A DNA stretch of 64,000 nucleotides from Somniosus microcephalus. Its lineage: Eukaryota. The notes beneath the pieces were generated by a model, which worked only from the letters and a program-made list of their open reading frames with translations, ran no database searches and was not told the DNA's origin. Position 1 is the first letter of the stretch. Each line of letters begins with the position of its first letter. Location of the stretch: NCBI GenBank assembly GCA_052327205.1, contig CM126208.1, positions 200,694,001-200,758,000 on the forward strand. Direction: 5' to 3'. Both the position numbers and the translations under genes were made by a program. Below are positions 50,427 through 63,250 of the stretch, one piece after another.

Positions 50427-51244
50427 AAAATGACTAAAATCCATCATATTTGTATTAAAATAGCATATTTTCCAAAGAGTGAAGCTGGTTTTTAATCCAT
50501 CCCAGACAACAGAGTCAAAATGGCTAAAATCTGTAACATTTGTATTGAAGTAAAACAGCATATTTTTCCTGAGTGAAGCTGATTTTTAACACCCAACGTT
50601 AAAAAGAAACCAAAAACTTCATCAGATCTTAAGACAAAAATGCTTTTGTCACATGGGTCATACTCTTGCTGGGTATCTCACTCTGTTGTAGTGTTTTAAA
50701 GATACACCGTGTGAGACGAAATGTCTGACCTTTTCTCTGTTCCTTTCCTTTTATTTCTTTCACTTTTTGTTCTCACTCTGTCAATTTGTGGTTCATTCTG
50801 CCTGTCCTCTTCTGCTAATCTCTCCCATTATCTCCTGCCCTTTTAAAAATCTCTCTCTCCCCTCTTCGGCAATTCAATGAAGAGTAATCAATCGCGACCA
50901 CAGGCCAGCACTTTGAGCAGCTTGAGGGATCAGCCAAAGAAATCACTAATTTCAGGAAGAACCACAGGCTGCTGTCAGGAAAAAAATCATAGGGGTCAGG
51001 AGTGGATTATGGGCCTTCAAAATAGTAAAATTCAAGAAAAAAATAAAAAACACCCCAGCAAAAAATAGGCTTTCAAACTGTAAAGCCACAGCAAAGAATA
51101 GTCCTTATAAAAAATGAGAACACAAAAAAACCAGCAGAAACTGCCGACATTGGGCTTCAAAGAAAAACAGCAGGGAGTAAAAATAAACAAAAAAAAGGAA
51201 ATGAGAGCAGGTAACACAACAGAGCTCCCTCTTCCACCATATCT

Positions 51245-52278
51245 GAAGCCCATAGGATAAAAGGGGTAGTTTCTACATGGATACAAAATTGGCCAAGGGA
51301 CAGAAAGCAGAGAGTAGTGGTGAACGGTTGTTTTCAAACTGGAGGGAAGTATGCAGTGGTGTCCCCCAGGGGTTGGTGTTGGGATGACAGCTCTTTTTGA
51401 TATATATTAATAACCTGGACTTGAAAATACGTGGCGTAATTTCAAAGTTTACAGATGACATGAAACTTGAAATGTCATGAACAGTGAGGAGGATAGTAAC
51501 AGACTTCACGAGGACAGAGACATGGGTAGACACATGGCAGATGAAGTGTGAAGTAATTCATGTTGGTAGGAAGAACGAGGACAGGCAATATAAACTAAAT
51601 GGTACAATTTTAAAGGGAGTGCAGAGAACCTGGGTCTACGTACAAAAATCTTTGAAGATGGCAGGACAAGTTGAGAAGGATCCTTGGCTTTATAAACAGT
51701 GGCACTGAGTACAAAAGCAGGAAAGTTATGTTAAACTGTATAAAACACTGAGTAGGTCCCAGCTGGAGTAGTGTGTCCAATTCTGGGCACCACAATTTAG
51801 GAAGGATGCCAAGCCTCAGAATGATATCAGGGATGAAAGACTTCAAGAATGTGTAGAGACTAGAGAAATTGGGGTTGTTCTCTTTAGAGCAGGGAAGGTT
51901 AAGGGGAGATTTGATAGGTGTTTAAAATTATGAAGGGTTTTGATAAGAGTAAATAAGGAGAAACTGTTTCCAGTGGCAGAAGTGTCAGTAACCAGAGGGC
52001 ACAGATCTAAGGTAATTGGCAAAAGAACCAGAGGCGGCATCAGGAAAAAAATTACGCAGCAAGTTATGATGATTGTGGAATGCATTGCCTGAAAGGGTTG
52101 TGCAAGCAGATTCAATGGTAATTTTGAAAAGGGAACTGGATAAATACTTGAAGAGGAAAAAATTGCAGGGCTATGGGGAAAGAGCAGGGGAGTGGGAGTA
52201 ATTGTGATAGCTCGTTCAAAGAGCCAGCACAGGCATGATGGGCCAAAAGGCCACCTTCTGTGCTGTATCATTCTATGG
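51245..52278 (+). mobile_element. Old CR1 RT/3' fragment
   Basis: Degenerate GVPQG.VLG, WQM...KCEVIH.GRKN and a 3' tail gggccaaaaggccaccttctgtgctg. Confidence 0.8.
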
Positions 52279-53239
52279 TCTGATCAAAGCTGCTGCTGGA
52301 GTTAGGCTTGTAAATCCACTACAGACCTGGCAGTTAAGGTTCGGAGGACCAAGACTAAAATTATCACACGATTTTGACAGCCAATCAATGGTAGATATAA
52401 TTGATAGAATAGCTCCATGGTGCCACATCACATTGAGATGCAGCTCAGAGAACTGAATCACAGCTCAGCATAATAAATAGGAAAATTGAAGCATTTCATA
52501 AGATAGTGTGATGGAAACAGCTTGACTTTGAACCAAACATTATTCAAAATCTTATTTGAAAAAACTTTCATCTGCCTTTTTATGTAACTGAAATTTCTAA
52601 TGTCAAAATAAGGTTTGTAACATTAAAAAAAATAAAACTTACATATATTAATAAAATGATTAAACTTAACTAAAACGTTGGCTTTTCTGTCTGAGTACCT
52701 AAATTAATGTTTTCATAAAGGTCTCAGTCTTTCAAAATCCTGTACTTGGAGTCAATATTTTTGCCCTAAATAACTATTAACTGAAGACTGATCCCACAAT
52801 GTGCAGTAGGCATAATTTCCTCGGATGCATCAATAGCATTTTGTCAACCTAACTGGAAAAATGTTTGCCTTCGGTCTCCAACAGTATCTGTTTGGTTGGT
52901 TTTACAAATAATTTGGAAAGTTAAATTTCAAAAAAAAATTTCAAGTTAAGTTTATACATTTAAATAGAGTGTGAGAGGGGACAGACCGAGTGAGTAAATG
53001 AGAATGTGTGTGGGTGAGAGAGAGAGAGCAAGACATATTATGCAAGTACGATTGAGGGAGATGCCATCTCATCCAATAGCACGCTTCTCTTTCTCTTCAA
53101 ATTCAATCTATATTTTTCTCAGTGGAAAAGTCAAATTGTGCCTTTGTGTACAACAGTATTTCAGTTTGTGTTTCTGAAAATGAATACAAATTGGATAATA
53201 AATTTTAGTAACTACTATTTATTCTGCCATTTCCATAAC

Positions 53240-55067
53240 TACAAACCTGGTAGACCCATCGTTTCAGCATGCTCTTGCCCCACAGAACTCATTTCTTCCT
53301 ATCTCGACGATTTTCTCTGCCTTTGTCCAGACCTTTCCAGCTACATCCTCGACTCTTCCGACGTCCTCCGCCACCTTAACAGTTTCCAGGGCCTAACTGT
53401 CTCCTTTTCAGCATGGATATCCAATCCCTCTACACCTCCATCCCCCACCAGGACAGCCTGAGGGCTCTCCACTTCTTCCTTGAACGGAGGTCCAACCAAT
53501 CCCTATCCACCACCACCCTCCTCCACCTGGCTGAATTTGTTCTCACATTGTAGTCAAAGGAGAAGTTGTTCACTCACTTCCTCCAAATAAAAGGTGTTTG
53601 CTATGGCAACCCGTATGGGTCCTAGCTATGCCTGCCTTTTCGTGGGATGTTTGGAACATTCTTTGTTCCAGTCCTACTCAGGTCCCTCCCTCACTTCTTT
53701 TTCTGGTATATTGATGATTATATCGGCAATGTCTCCTGCTCTCACCCAGAACTGGAATATTTCATCAACTTGGCTTCCAATTTTCACCCTTCCCTTGCAT
53801 GGTCCACCTCCAACTCTTCCCTTTCTTGACTGCTTGGTCTCCATTTCTGGCAATAGACCAATATCCACTTCAAGCTCACTGACTCCCACAGCTACCTTGG
53901 CTACATTTCTTCCCAGCCCGCTTCCTACAAGGACTTTATTCCATTCTCCCAGTTTCTCTGTCTCCCTCGCATCTCTTCTAGCGATGCCACCTTCTATACC
54001 AGTGCTTCAGATATGTCTTCCTTTTCCCTCAAACGAGGATTCGTCTCCATCTTGGTTGACAGGGCACTTATCCCATTTCCTGCATTTCTGCTCTCATCCA
54101 TTCCTCCGCTCCCAGGACCACGATCGGGTTCCCCTTGTCCTCACCTTCCACCCCATCAGCCTTCACATTCAATGGATCACCCTCCGCCATCTCCAGCGTG
54201 ATCCATCTACCAAACACATCTTCCCCATCGCTCCCCTTTCAGTATTCCGAAGGGACCGCTCCCTCTGGGACACCCTGGCCCACTGTTCAATCACCCGCCC
54301 CAACACCCCCTCCCCAAAGCACCTTCCCGTGCAAGCACAGAAGATGCAACGCCTTCCCTTTTATTTCCTCCCTTCCCACCGTCCAGAGCCCCAAACACTC
54401 CTTCCAGATGGAACAGCGATTTACTTGTACTTCTTTCAATTTAGTATACTGTATTTGCAGCTCACGATGTGGTTTCCTCTACATTGGAGACCAAACGCAG
54501 ATTGGGTGACCGCTTTGTGGAACACCTCCGTTCAGTTTGCAGTGTGACCCCGAGCTTCTGGTCGCCTGTCATTTTAATTCTCCGCCCCACACCCACTCTG
54601 ACCTCTTTGTCTTTGGCCTCCTGTGCTGTACCAATGAAGCTTAACCTAAGCTCGAGGAACAGTACCTCATCTTTTAATTAGGCACTTTACAGCCTTCTGG
54701 ACTCAACACTGAGTTCAACAATTTCAAATCATAACCTCTGCCCCCATTTTGTCCCGACGGCAGCTGTTGCTGATGATTCTGCTATTCCCATTTATACCTC
54801 ATCTAGACCCATTTTTTGTTTCTTTACTTGTCCCATTACTGTCCCCTTTTGCATTGCACCATCATCTCTTTCGTCATTTAATCTTTCCTGCCTTCGAGCC
54901 TATCAGAGCTTCTCTGTTGCTTTTTCCTCCCCATCCGCTTTCCCTGCCTCTGTATTTGCTTAAAACCAGTTAGATTTAACTTTCTGATGAAAGATCATCG
55001 ACCTGAAACGTTAACTCTGTTTCTCTCTCTACAGATGCTGCCTGACCCGGAGTATTTCCAGCATTTT
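53240..55067 (+). mobile_element. Penelope-like retroelement fragment (RT, GIY-YIG, terminal repeat), degenerate
   Basis: PGRPIVSACSCPTELIS, AM.TRMGPSYACLFVG, WYIDD, CICSSRCGFLYIG and ETKRRLGDRFVEHLRSV. Confidence 0.88.
54981..55016 (+). ncRNA. Minimal hammerhead ribozyme-like motif in the Penelope terminal repeat (probably degenerate)
   Basis: CTGATGA (54984-54990), stem II aagatc-atc-gacct, GAAA (55005-55008), then C-GTT within the palindrome AACGTT. Confidence 0.55.
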
Positions 55068-55202
55068 GGGGCTAGCAGTTTTTACTTGCAGCCACAAACA
55101 ATGCAATAGGACATTTATTAGGATATTGAAATATAAAAAACATATTCGACCTAGTTTAACTCTTAATGGACCATAAAGATGCTCATGTTTGGGAAGACTA
55201 AC

Positions 55203-55272
55203 CTTATGTAGGGCACAGCATCATTCTGGACCAGATCCAGCAGCCACTGCAATTCTTCAGTGCTCCTGTCCA
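55203..55272 (-). CDS. TAF2: TAF2 internal coding exon (70 nt)
   Basis: Hand translation gives (V)DRSTEELQWLLDLVQNDAVPYI(R), matching TAF2 VDRSYEELQWLLNMIQNDPVPYVR. Acceptor ctttttctcctTAG, donor GTTAGT; phase 2 out fits the next exon. Confidence 0.93.
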
Positions 55273-55808
55273 CTAAGGAGAAAAAGCTGGTTAGGAAATT
55301 AACTGTAAACAAAACAAATCTGAACATTCTCATTTAAATGAAACTCAGACAAGAGTAAATATTTAACATCCATTGTTTTAAAGATTTGTGAAGATTTCTG
55401 TAAATGGCCATGATTTTACTAAGAGTTCAAGAGAAAGAATAACAAGCAGTGGGGAAAAAATGGAAGTGTTAAAAAAATAATTGCAGATAAGAAAGAAATC
55501 CACACCTTGATAAAACTGCAGCTCCACCCCATGTCTCATTTATATTTCCTAATTCAGGCACCTGTCATCTTTCATATTGCTTCATGTTTTTTAAACTTTT
55601 TACATACTTACCCAAAAGCAGTTTAAACTATTAAACCACTACTTCATTAAAGTTTTTTTTTACCATTTTACCTCTTTTTTGTTGAATTTAGATTCTTGTG
55701 GCACTTGCACTTAATGCAATATGGCAAATTGTATTGGTTTCAAATAGCGTCTTCATAAGAACGCAAGAAATAGACGTAGGAGTAGGCCATCCAGCCCCTC
55801 GAGCCTGT

Positions 55809-58257
55809 TATAGAGTCATACAGCACAGAAAGAGGCCCTTCGGCCCATCGCGTCCGCGCCGGCCATCAGGCCCTGTCTAATCTAATCCCATTTTCCAGCA
55901 TTTGGTCCGTAGCATTATATGCTATGGCATTTCAAGTGCTCATCTAAATGCTTCTTGAATGTTGTGAGGGTTCCTGCCTCTACCACCCTTTCAGGCAGTG
56001 AGTTCCAGATTCCAACCACCCTCTGGGTGAAAAAGTTCTTCCTCAAATCCCCTCTAAACCTCCTGCCCCTTACCTTGAATCTATGCCCCCTTGTTATTGA
56101 CCCCTCTACTAAGGGAAAATGTTCCTTTCTATCTACCCTATCTATGCCCCTCATAATTTTGTACACCTCAATCAGGCCCCCCTCAGCCTTCTCTGCTCCA
56201 AGGAAAACAACCCCAGCCTGTCCAGTCTTTCTTCATAGCTGAGGCGCTCCAGCCCAGGTAACATCCTGGTGAATCTCCTCTGCACCCTCTCCAAAGCAAT
56301 CACATCCTTCCTATAGTGTGGCGACCAGAACTGCACACAGTTTTCCAGCTGTGGCCTAACTAGCGTTTTGTACAGCTCTATCATAACCTCCCTGCTCTTA
56401 TATTCTATGCCTCGGCTAATGAAGGCAAGTATCCCATATGCCTTTTTAACCACCTTATCCACCTGTTCTGCTGCCTTCAGGGATCTATGTACATGCACAC
56501 CAAGGTCCCTCTGATCCTCTGTCTTTCCTAGGGTCTTACCATTCATTGTGTATTCCCTTGCCTTGTTAGTCCCTCCAAAATGCATCACTTCACACTTTTC
56601 ACGATTAAATTCCATTTGCCTCTGTTCTGCCCATCTAACCAAACCCGTCTATATCGTCCTGTAGCCTGAGGCTTCCCTCCTCGCTATTTACCACTCCACC
56701 AATTTTCGTGTCATTTGCGAAATTACTGATCATACCTCCTACATTCATATCTAAATCATTAATGTACACTACAAGCAGCAAAGGACCCAGCACCGATCCC
56801 TGCGGTACACCACTGGACACAGGCTTCCAAAGCACACAAACAACCTTCGACCATCACCCTCTGCCATCTGTCACTAAGCCAATTTTGGATCCGATGTGCC
56901 AAATTGCCCTGGATCCCGTCGGCTCTTACCTTCTTGACCAGTCTCCCATGAGTGACTTTGTCAAAAGCCTTACTGAAGTCCATGTAGACGACATCAACTG
57001 CACTACCTCCTCCACACACCTAGCCACCCCCTCGAAAAATTCAATCAAATTGGTTAGACATGATCTCCCCGACAAAGCCAAGCTGACTATCCTTGATTAA
57101 ATCCTTGCCTCTCCAAGTGGAGACTAATTCTGTCCCTCAGAACTTTTTCCAATAATTTCCCTACCACTGATTTTAGGCTCACTGGCCTGTAATTCCCTGG
57201 TTGCTCCCTACTACCCTTCTTGAATAATGGTACTACGTTAGCTGTTCTCCACTCCTCTGGCACCTCCCCTGTGGCCAGAGAGGTTCTGAAAATTTGTGTC
57301 AGAGCCCCTGCAATCTCCTCCCTTGCCTCACACAGCAGCCTGAGATACATCTCGTCTGGGCCTGGGGATTTATCCACTTTTAAGCCCGCTAAAACCACTA
57401 GTACCTCCTCCCCCTCAATACTAATTTGTTCAAGTATATCACAATCCCCCTGCCTGATTTCTATGCCTACATCATCCTTCTCCATAGTGAACACAGATGC
57501 AAAATATTCATTTAAAACCTCACTTACATCTTCCGGCTCTACACACAGATTGCTACTTTGGTCCCTAATGGGCCCTACTCTTTCCCTTGTTATCCTCTTG
57601 TCCTCAATATACTTATAAAACACCTTGGAATTTTCCTTTGTTTTGCCCGACTGTTTTTTCATGCCCCCTCTTCGCACTCCTAATTTCTTTTTTAAGTACC
57701 CCCCTGCACTTTCTATACTCCTCCAGGGCTTCCACTGTTTTAAGTCCTTTGTATCTGCCAAAAGCCTCCCTTTTTTTCCTAATCCATTCTTGTATATCCC
57801 TTGACATCCAGGGTTCCCTGGGCTTGTTGGTCCCCACCCTTGACCTTTACGGGAACATATTGGCGTTGTACTCTATTTCCTTTCTGAAAGAATCGCACTG
57901 CTCTGATGTGGATTTTCCTACAAGTGGCTGATCCCAGTCCACTTTGGCCAGATCCTGCCTTTTCATATTAAATCGGCCTTCCCCCAATTTAGAACCTTTA
58001 TTTCCAGTCCATTTTCGTCCTTTTCCATGACTACCTTAAAATCACCGAATTATGGTCACCGTCACCAAAATGTTCTCCTACTGACACTTCTACCACTTGC
58101 CCGGCTACATTCCCTAGAATTAGGTCCAGCACCGCCCCCTCTCTTGTAGAATGTCCGACATGCTGGCTCAAAAAGCTCTCCTGGATGCACCCTCTAAGCC
58201 TTTCACACTCTGACTATCCCAGTTAATATTGGGGAAGTTGAAATCCCCTATTATTAC
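55809..58257 (-). mobile_element. CR1 ORF2 3' part, interrupted by a Gypsy insertion
   Basis: RT pieces at 55915-57761. Breaks at ...VIIGDFN, where the LTR TG begins. A short CR1 tail of another subfamily lies at 55755-55806. Confidence 0.9.
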
Positions 58258-58560
58258 TGTAATGAAATCTGTTTGTCTTGCCTGTATTCGTTCTTGCCTG
58301 TATTCGTTTTGCACTCATGTATATTACCCTCCCCCACACGGTGTATAGTTTCACTTCCTCTTTCCTGACTAACCTGGAAGGTTCCAGGTCTTGGCTCTTA
58401 GCTCCGCCCCTGACTTCTCTTACATAAAGATCCCAGGATCTGTATGACTCATTCCTGCGAGCCAGTCAGTGTGTTGAGATGTTAGCTCTGATCTTAGTGA
58501 TTAAAAGCCAACTTGTTAAAGTCTATAACTTCTAGTTTTGTGGTTATTGAAGGCACATCA
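58258..58560 (+). mobile_element. 5' LTR of a Gypsy retrotransposon
   Basis: Starts TGTAATG exactly at the CR1 break and ends ...GCACATCA. Contains a TATA-like tacataaa (58421) and ATTAAA (58500-58505). gag ATG at 58586. Confidence 0.75.
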
Positions 58561-58585
58561 ATTTTAATCACTAAAGAATACTAGG

Positions 58586-60226
58586 ATGGATCGACTCCTA
58601 AAACCAGAGCGTCTGGACTTGGATCCACATTCTGCTGAAGCATCAAATCAATTTGGACACTGGCTCAAATGCTTCGAACTCTTCGCGAGGGCCTCATCCG
58701 CTAGCGAGGTAGATAAACTGAGTTTACTGACTACTCGCGTTAATCATCGGATTTATTCGTTCATCCGGGACAACACCTCTTACACGGAGGCCATCACTAT
58801 CCTGAAGGCCCAATACCAGAGGCCAGTAAACAAAGTGTACGCCAGACATCTGCTGGCTACACGCAGGCAGTGACCTGAGGAATCAATGGACGATTTCTTA
58901 CAGGGCCTAAAGGACTTGGTCCGGGACTGTAACTGCAAGGCCGTGACGGCCAATGTGTACTCTGACGAATTGGTCCGCGATTCCTTCATCACGGGCCTCA
59001 AATCGAATTATTTCCGGCAGAGACTGCTGGAGGAGGTGGTCCTGGACTTAAAAAAGGCAGTGGCCACTGCGCGATCGCTGGACGTGGCCCAGAAAAACTC
59101 TGACTCTTATTCTTCCGGCCATGCGGCCCTCACCGCCTCGTGCGCGCCGAGCGCGCCGCCATCTTGGAATCAGCCATCTTCCCCATCCAGGTCTCAGACC
59201 AGCTCTACACCGCCGGAGTCCCCACACAGAAGTTCACCCAGGAGTCCTACTACAGTGGCAATGTCTCGAGGCCCGAAATGCTACTTCTGCGGCCAGGCCA
59301 AGCACCCCAGACAACGATGCCCAGCAAAGGACGCTACATGCTTCAAATGTAAGAAAAAGGGGCATTTTAGCAAAGTCTGCAGGGGGAATCTGATTTCCAA
59401 CTCCATCACCGCCTCGTGCGTGCCGTGCGGGCCGCCATCTTGGGATCCGCCATCTTTTCCCGACTCAACGGCCGCCCAGGGCCCAACAGTGGCTTCGATC
59501 ATGGTGGATCAATCCAGGCCACACCCATTGACAAAATCCATGATGGACATACAGGTAAACGGGAATTTAACGAAATGTTTAATTGACTGTGGGAGTACCG
59601 AGAGTTTTATCCACCCTAGCCTGGTACGGCGGCACTCATTAACGGTAACCCCTACACGGAGCAGAATTGCTATGGCTGCTAAGCCCCACACTTCGGACAT
59701 TTTGGGCTACTGTGTGGTAACACTGACTGTAAAAGGCACGGACTACAAGGATTTTAAACTCCTCGTGATGCCAGAACTCTGTGTTAATGTAATCTTGGGC
59801 CTGGACTTCCAGTGCCACCACGAAAGTGTCACGCTAGCATATGGTGGGTCCCAGCCGCCACTCAGTCTGTGGCCTATCAACCTTAAAAATCAGCCCGCCC
59901 TCTTTATTCGCTAATCTCGCTCCGAACTGTAGGCCCATAGCGACCAAAAGTAGACGGTACAGTCTGGAAGACAGACACTTTATCAAGGCGGAAGTGGACA
60001 GACTCCTGCGGGAAGGCATTATTGAATGCAGTACCAGTCCGTGGCGTGCCCAAGTAGTCATAGTTAAAAATAGCGAAAAGAAACGGATGGTAAATGACTA
60101 CAGCCAGACTGTTAATATTTATACCCAGCTGGACGCCTACCCTTTACCCCGCATATCAGAAATGGTCAACCAGATCGCGCAATACCGAGTCTTCTCGACT
60201 ATCGACCTCAAATCCGCGTATCACCA
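58586..60226 (+). pseudogene. Gypsy gag-protease-RT(N) region, with one in-frame TGA and one frameshift
   Basis: MDRLLKPERLDLDP gag start, two CCHC knuckles (CYFCGQAKHPRQRC, CFKCKKKGHFSKVC), protease LIDCGST, RT SPWRAQVV...DAYPLP...IDLKSAYH. Confidence 0.9.
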
Positions 60227-63200
60227 TAGAGTCATAGAGTTATACAGCACAGAAAGAGGCCCTTCGGCCCATCGTGTCTGCGCCGTCCATCAAGCCCTGT
60301 CTAATCTAATCCCATTTTCCAGCATTTGGTCCATAGCCTTGTATGCAATGGCATTTCAAGTGCTCATCCAAATGCTTCTTGAATGTTGTGAGGGTTCCTG
60401 CCTCTCCCACCCTTTCAGGCAGTGAGTTCCAGACTCCAACCACCCTCTGGGTGAAAAAGTTCCTCCTCAAATCCCCTCTAAACCTCCTGCCCCTTACCTT
60501 GAATCTATGCCCCCTTGTTATTGACCCCCCTACGAAGGGGAAAAGTTCCTCTTTATCTACCCTATCTATGCCCCTCATCATTTTGTACACCTCAATCAGG
60601 TCCCCCCTCAGCCTTCTTTGCTCCAAGGAAGGCAACCCCAGCCTGTTTAGTCTTTCTTCATAGCTGAGGCGCTCCATCCCAGGTAACATCCTGGTGAATC
60701 TTCTCTGCACCCTCTCCAAAGCAATCACATCCTTCCTATAGTGTGGCGACCAGAACTGCACACAGTACTCCAGCTGTGGCCTTACCAGCGTTTTGTACAG
60801 CTCCATCATAACCTCCCTGCTCTTATATTCTATGCCTCGGCTAATGAAGGCAAGTATCCCATATGCCTTTTTAACCACCTTATCTACCTGATCCGCTGCC
60901 TTCAGGGATCTATGTACATGTACACCAAGGTCCCTCTGTGCTTCCTAGGGCCCTACCACTCATTGTGTATTCCCTTGCCTTATTTGCCCGTCCAAAATGC
61001 ATCACCTCGCACTTTTCAGGGTTAAATTCCATTTACCACTTTTCCGCCCATCTGACCAACCCGTTTTTATCGTCCTGTAGCCTGAGGCTTTCCTCCTCGC
61101 AATTTACCACCCCACCAATTTTCGTGTCATCTGCGAACTTACTGATCATACCTTTTACATTCTCATCCAAATCATTTATGTAGATCACAAACAGCAAGGG
61201 ACCCAGCACCAATCCCTGAGGTACCCCACTGGACACAGGCTTCCAGTCACAAAAGCATCCTTCGACCATCACCCTCTGACTCCTGCCACTCAGCCAGTTT
61301 AGGATCCAACGTGCCAAGGCACCCTGGATCCCATGGGCTCTTACCTTCTTGACCAGTCTCCTATGCGGGACTTTGTCAAAAGCCTTACTGAAGTCCATGT
61401 ATACCACATCCACAGCATTTCCCTCATCCACACACCTAGTCACCCCCTCGAAAAATTCAATCAGATTGGTCAGACATGATTTACCCTTGACAAAGCCATG
61501 CTGACTATCCCCGATTAATCCTTGCCGCTCCAAGTGGAGACTAATTTTGTCCCTCAGAATTTTTTTCCAATGATTTCCCTACCACAGATGTTAGGCTCAC
61601 TGGCCTGTAATTCCCTGGTTTATCCCTGCTACCCTTCTTGAATAATGGTACTACGTTCGCTGTTCTCCAGTCCTCTGGTACATCCCCTGTGGCCAGAGAG
61701 GTTCTGAAAATTTGTGTCAGAGCCCCTGCAATCTCCTCCTTTGCCTCACACAGCAGCCTGGGATACATCTCGTCCGGGCCTGGGGATTTATCCACTTTTT
61801 GGCCTGCTAAAACCGCTAGTACCTCCTCCCTCTCGATGTTAATATGTTCAAGTATATCACAGTCCCCTTGCCCGATTTCTATGTCTACATCGTCTTCCTC
61901 CATAGTGAACACAGATGCAAAAAATTCATTTCAAACCCCGCCTACATCATCTGGCTCTACACACAGATTGCCACTTTGGTCCCTAATGGGCCCTACCCTT
62001 TCCCTGGTTATCCTCTTGCCCTTAATATACTTATAAAACATCTTAGGATTTTCCTTTATTTTGCTCGCCAGTGTTATTTCATGGCCCCTCCTCGCTCTCC
62101 TAATTTCTTTTTAAAGTATGCCCCTGCACTTTTTATACTCCTCTAGGGCTTCCTCCGTCTTTAGTAACTGCCAAAAGCCCCCCTTTTTTTCCTAATGCAT
62201 TTTTGTATATCCCTTGTCATCCAAGGCTCCCTTTGCTTGTTGGTACCACCCTTGACCTTTACGGGAACATGTTGGCGTTGTACTCTCTCTATTTCCCTTC
62301 TGAAAGTCTCCCACTGCTTTGATGTGGATTTTCCTATAAGTAGCTGCTCCCAGTCCACTTTGGCCAGATCCTGCCTTATCATATTAAAATCGGCCTTCCC
62401 CCAATTTAGAACCCTTATTTCCGGGCCGTCTTTGTCTTTTTCCATGACCACCTTAAATCTCACCGAATTATGGTCACTGTCGCCAAAATGCTCTCCTACT
62501 GACACTTCCACCACTTGCCCGGCTACATTCCCTAGAATTAGGTCCAGTACCGCCCCCTCTCTTGTAGGACTTTCTACACGCTGGCTCAAAAAGCTCTCCT
62601 GGATGCACTTTAAGAATGCTGCACCCTCTAAGCCTTTCACACTCTGACTATCCCAATTAATATTGGGGAAGTTGAAATCCCCCACTATTATTACCCTATT
62701 ATTTTCGCACCTCTGAGATTTGCCTACATATCTGTTCCTCTATCTCCCCCTGGCTGTTTGGGGGCCTGTAGTACACTCCCAGCAAAGTGCTTGCCCCCTT
62801 TTTGTTTTTAAGTTCTACCCATATGGCCTCATTAGAGGAACCCGCTAATATATCATCCCTCCTTACAGCAGTAATTGACTCTTTAATTAATATTGCAACA
62901 CCCCCTCCCCTTTTACACCTCCCTCTGTCTCGCGTGAAGATTCTATACCCCGGAATATTGAGCTGCCAGTCCTGACCCTCCCTCAACCATGTCTCCGTGA
63001 TAGCAACAATATCGTACTCCCATGTGTTCAACAACAACTTCAGTTCATCCACCTTATTTGCAAGACTCCTTGCATTAAAATAAATGCCTTCCAGCCTTGC
63101 CATATTCCCTTTTGCCTTCACATATTTGCTCTGCCTTCCCAGCTGACTTGTTTTTTCCTCCGTATTTGGCTGTAATTCACCCCCTACTATAGCTCCACTC

Positions 63201-63250
63201 TGTATCCCATCCCCCTGCCAAGTTAGTTTAAACCCCCCCCAACAGTGCTA
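60227..63250 (-). mobile_element. CR1 (complete but disrupted ORF2) inserted in the Gypsy RT
   Basis: APE at 62161-63121, RT at 60306-61912, (CATAGAGT)n tail. Gypsy rejoins as YH-CA|G-LPI. Confidence 0.92.

Noticed and set aside
50427-50590. Imperfect tandem duplication of about 90 bp
   Set aside because: An ordinary AT-rich local duplication with no supporting features.
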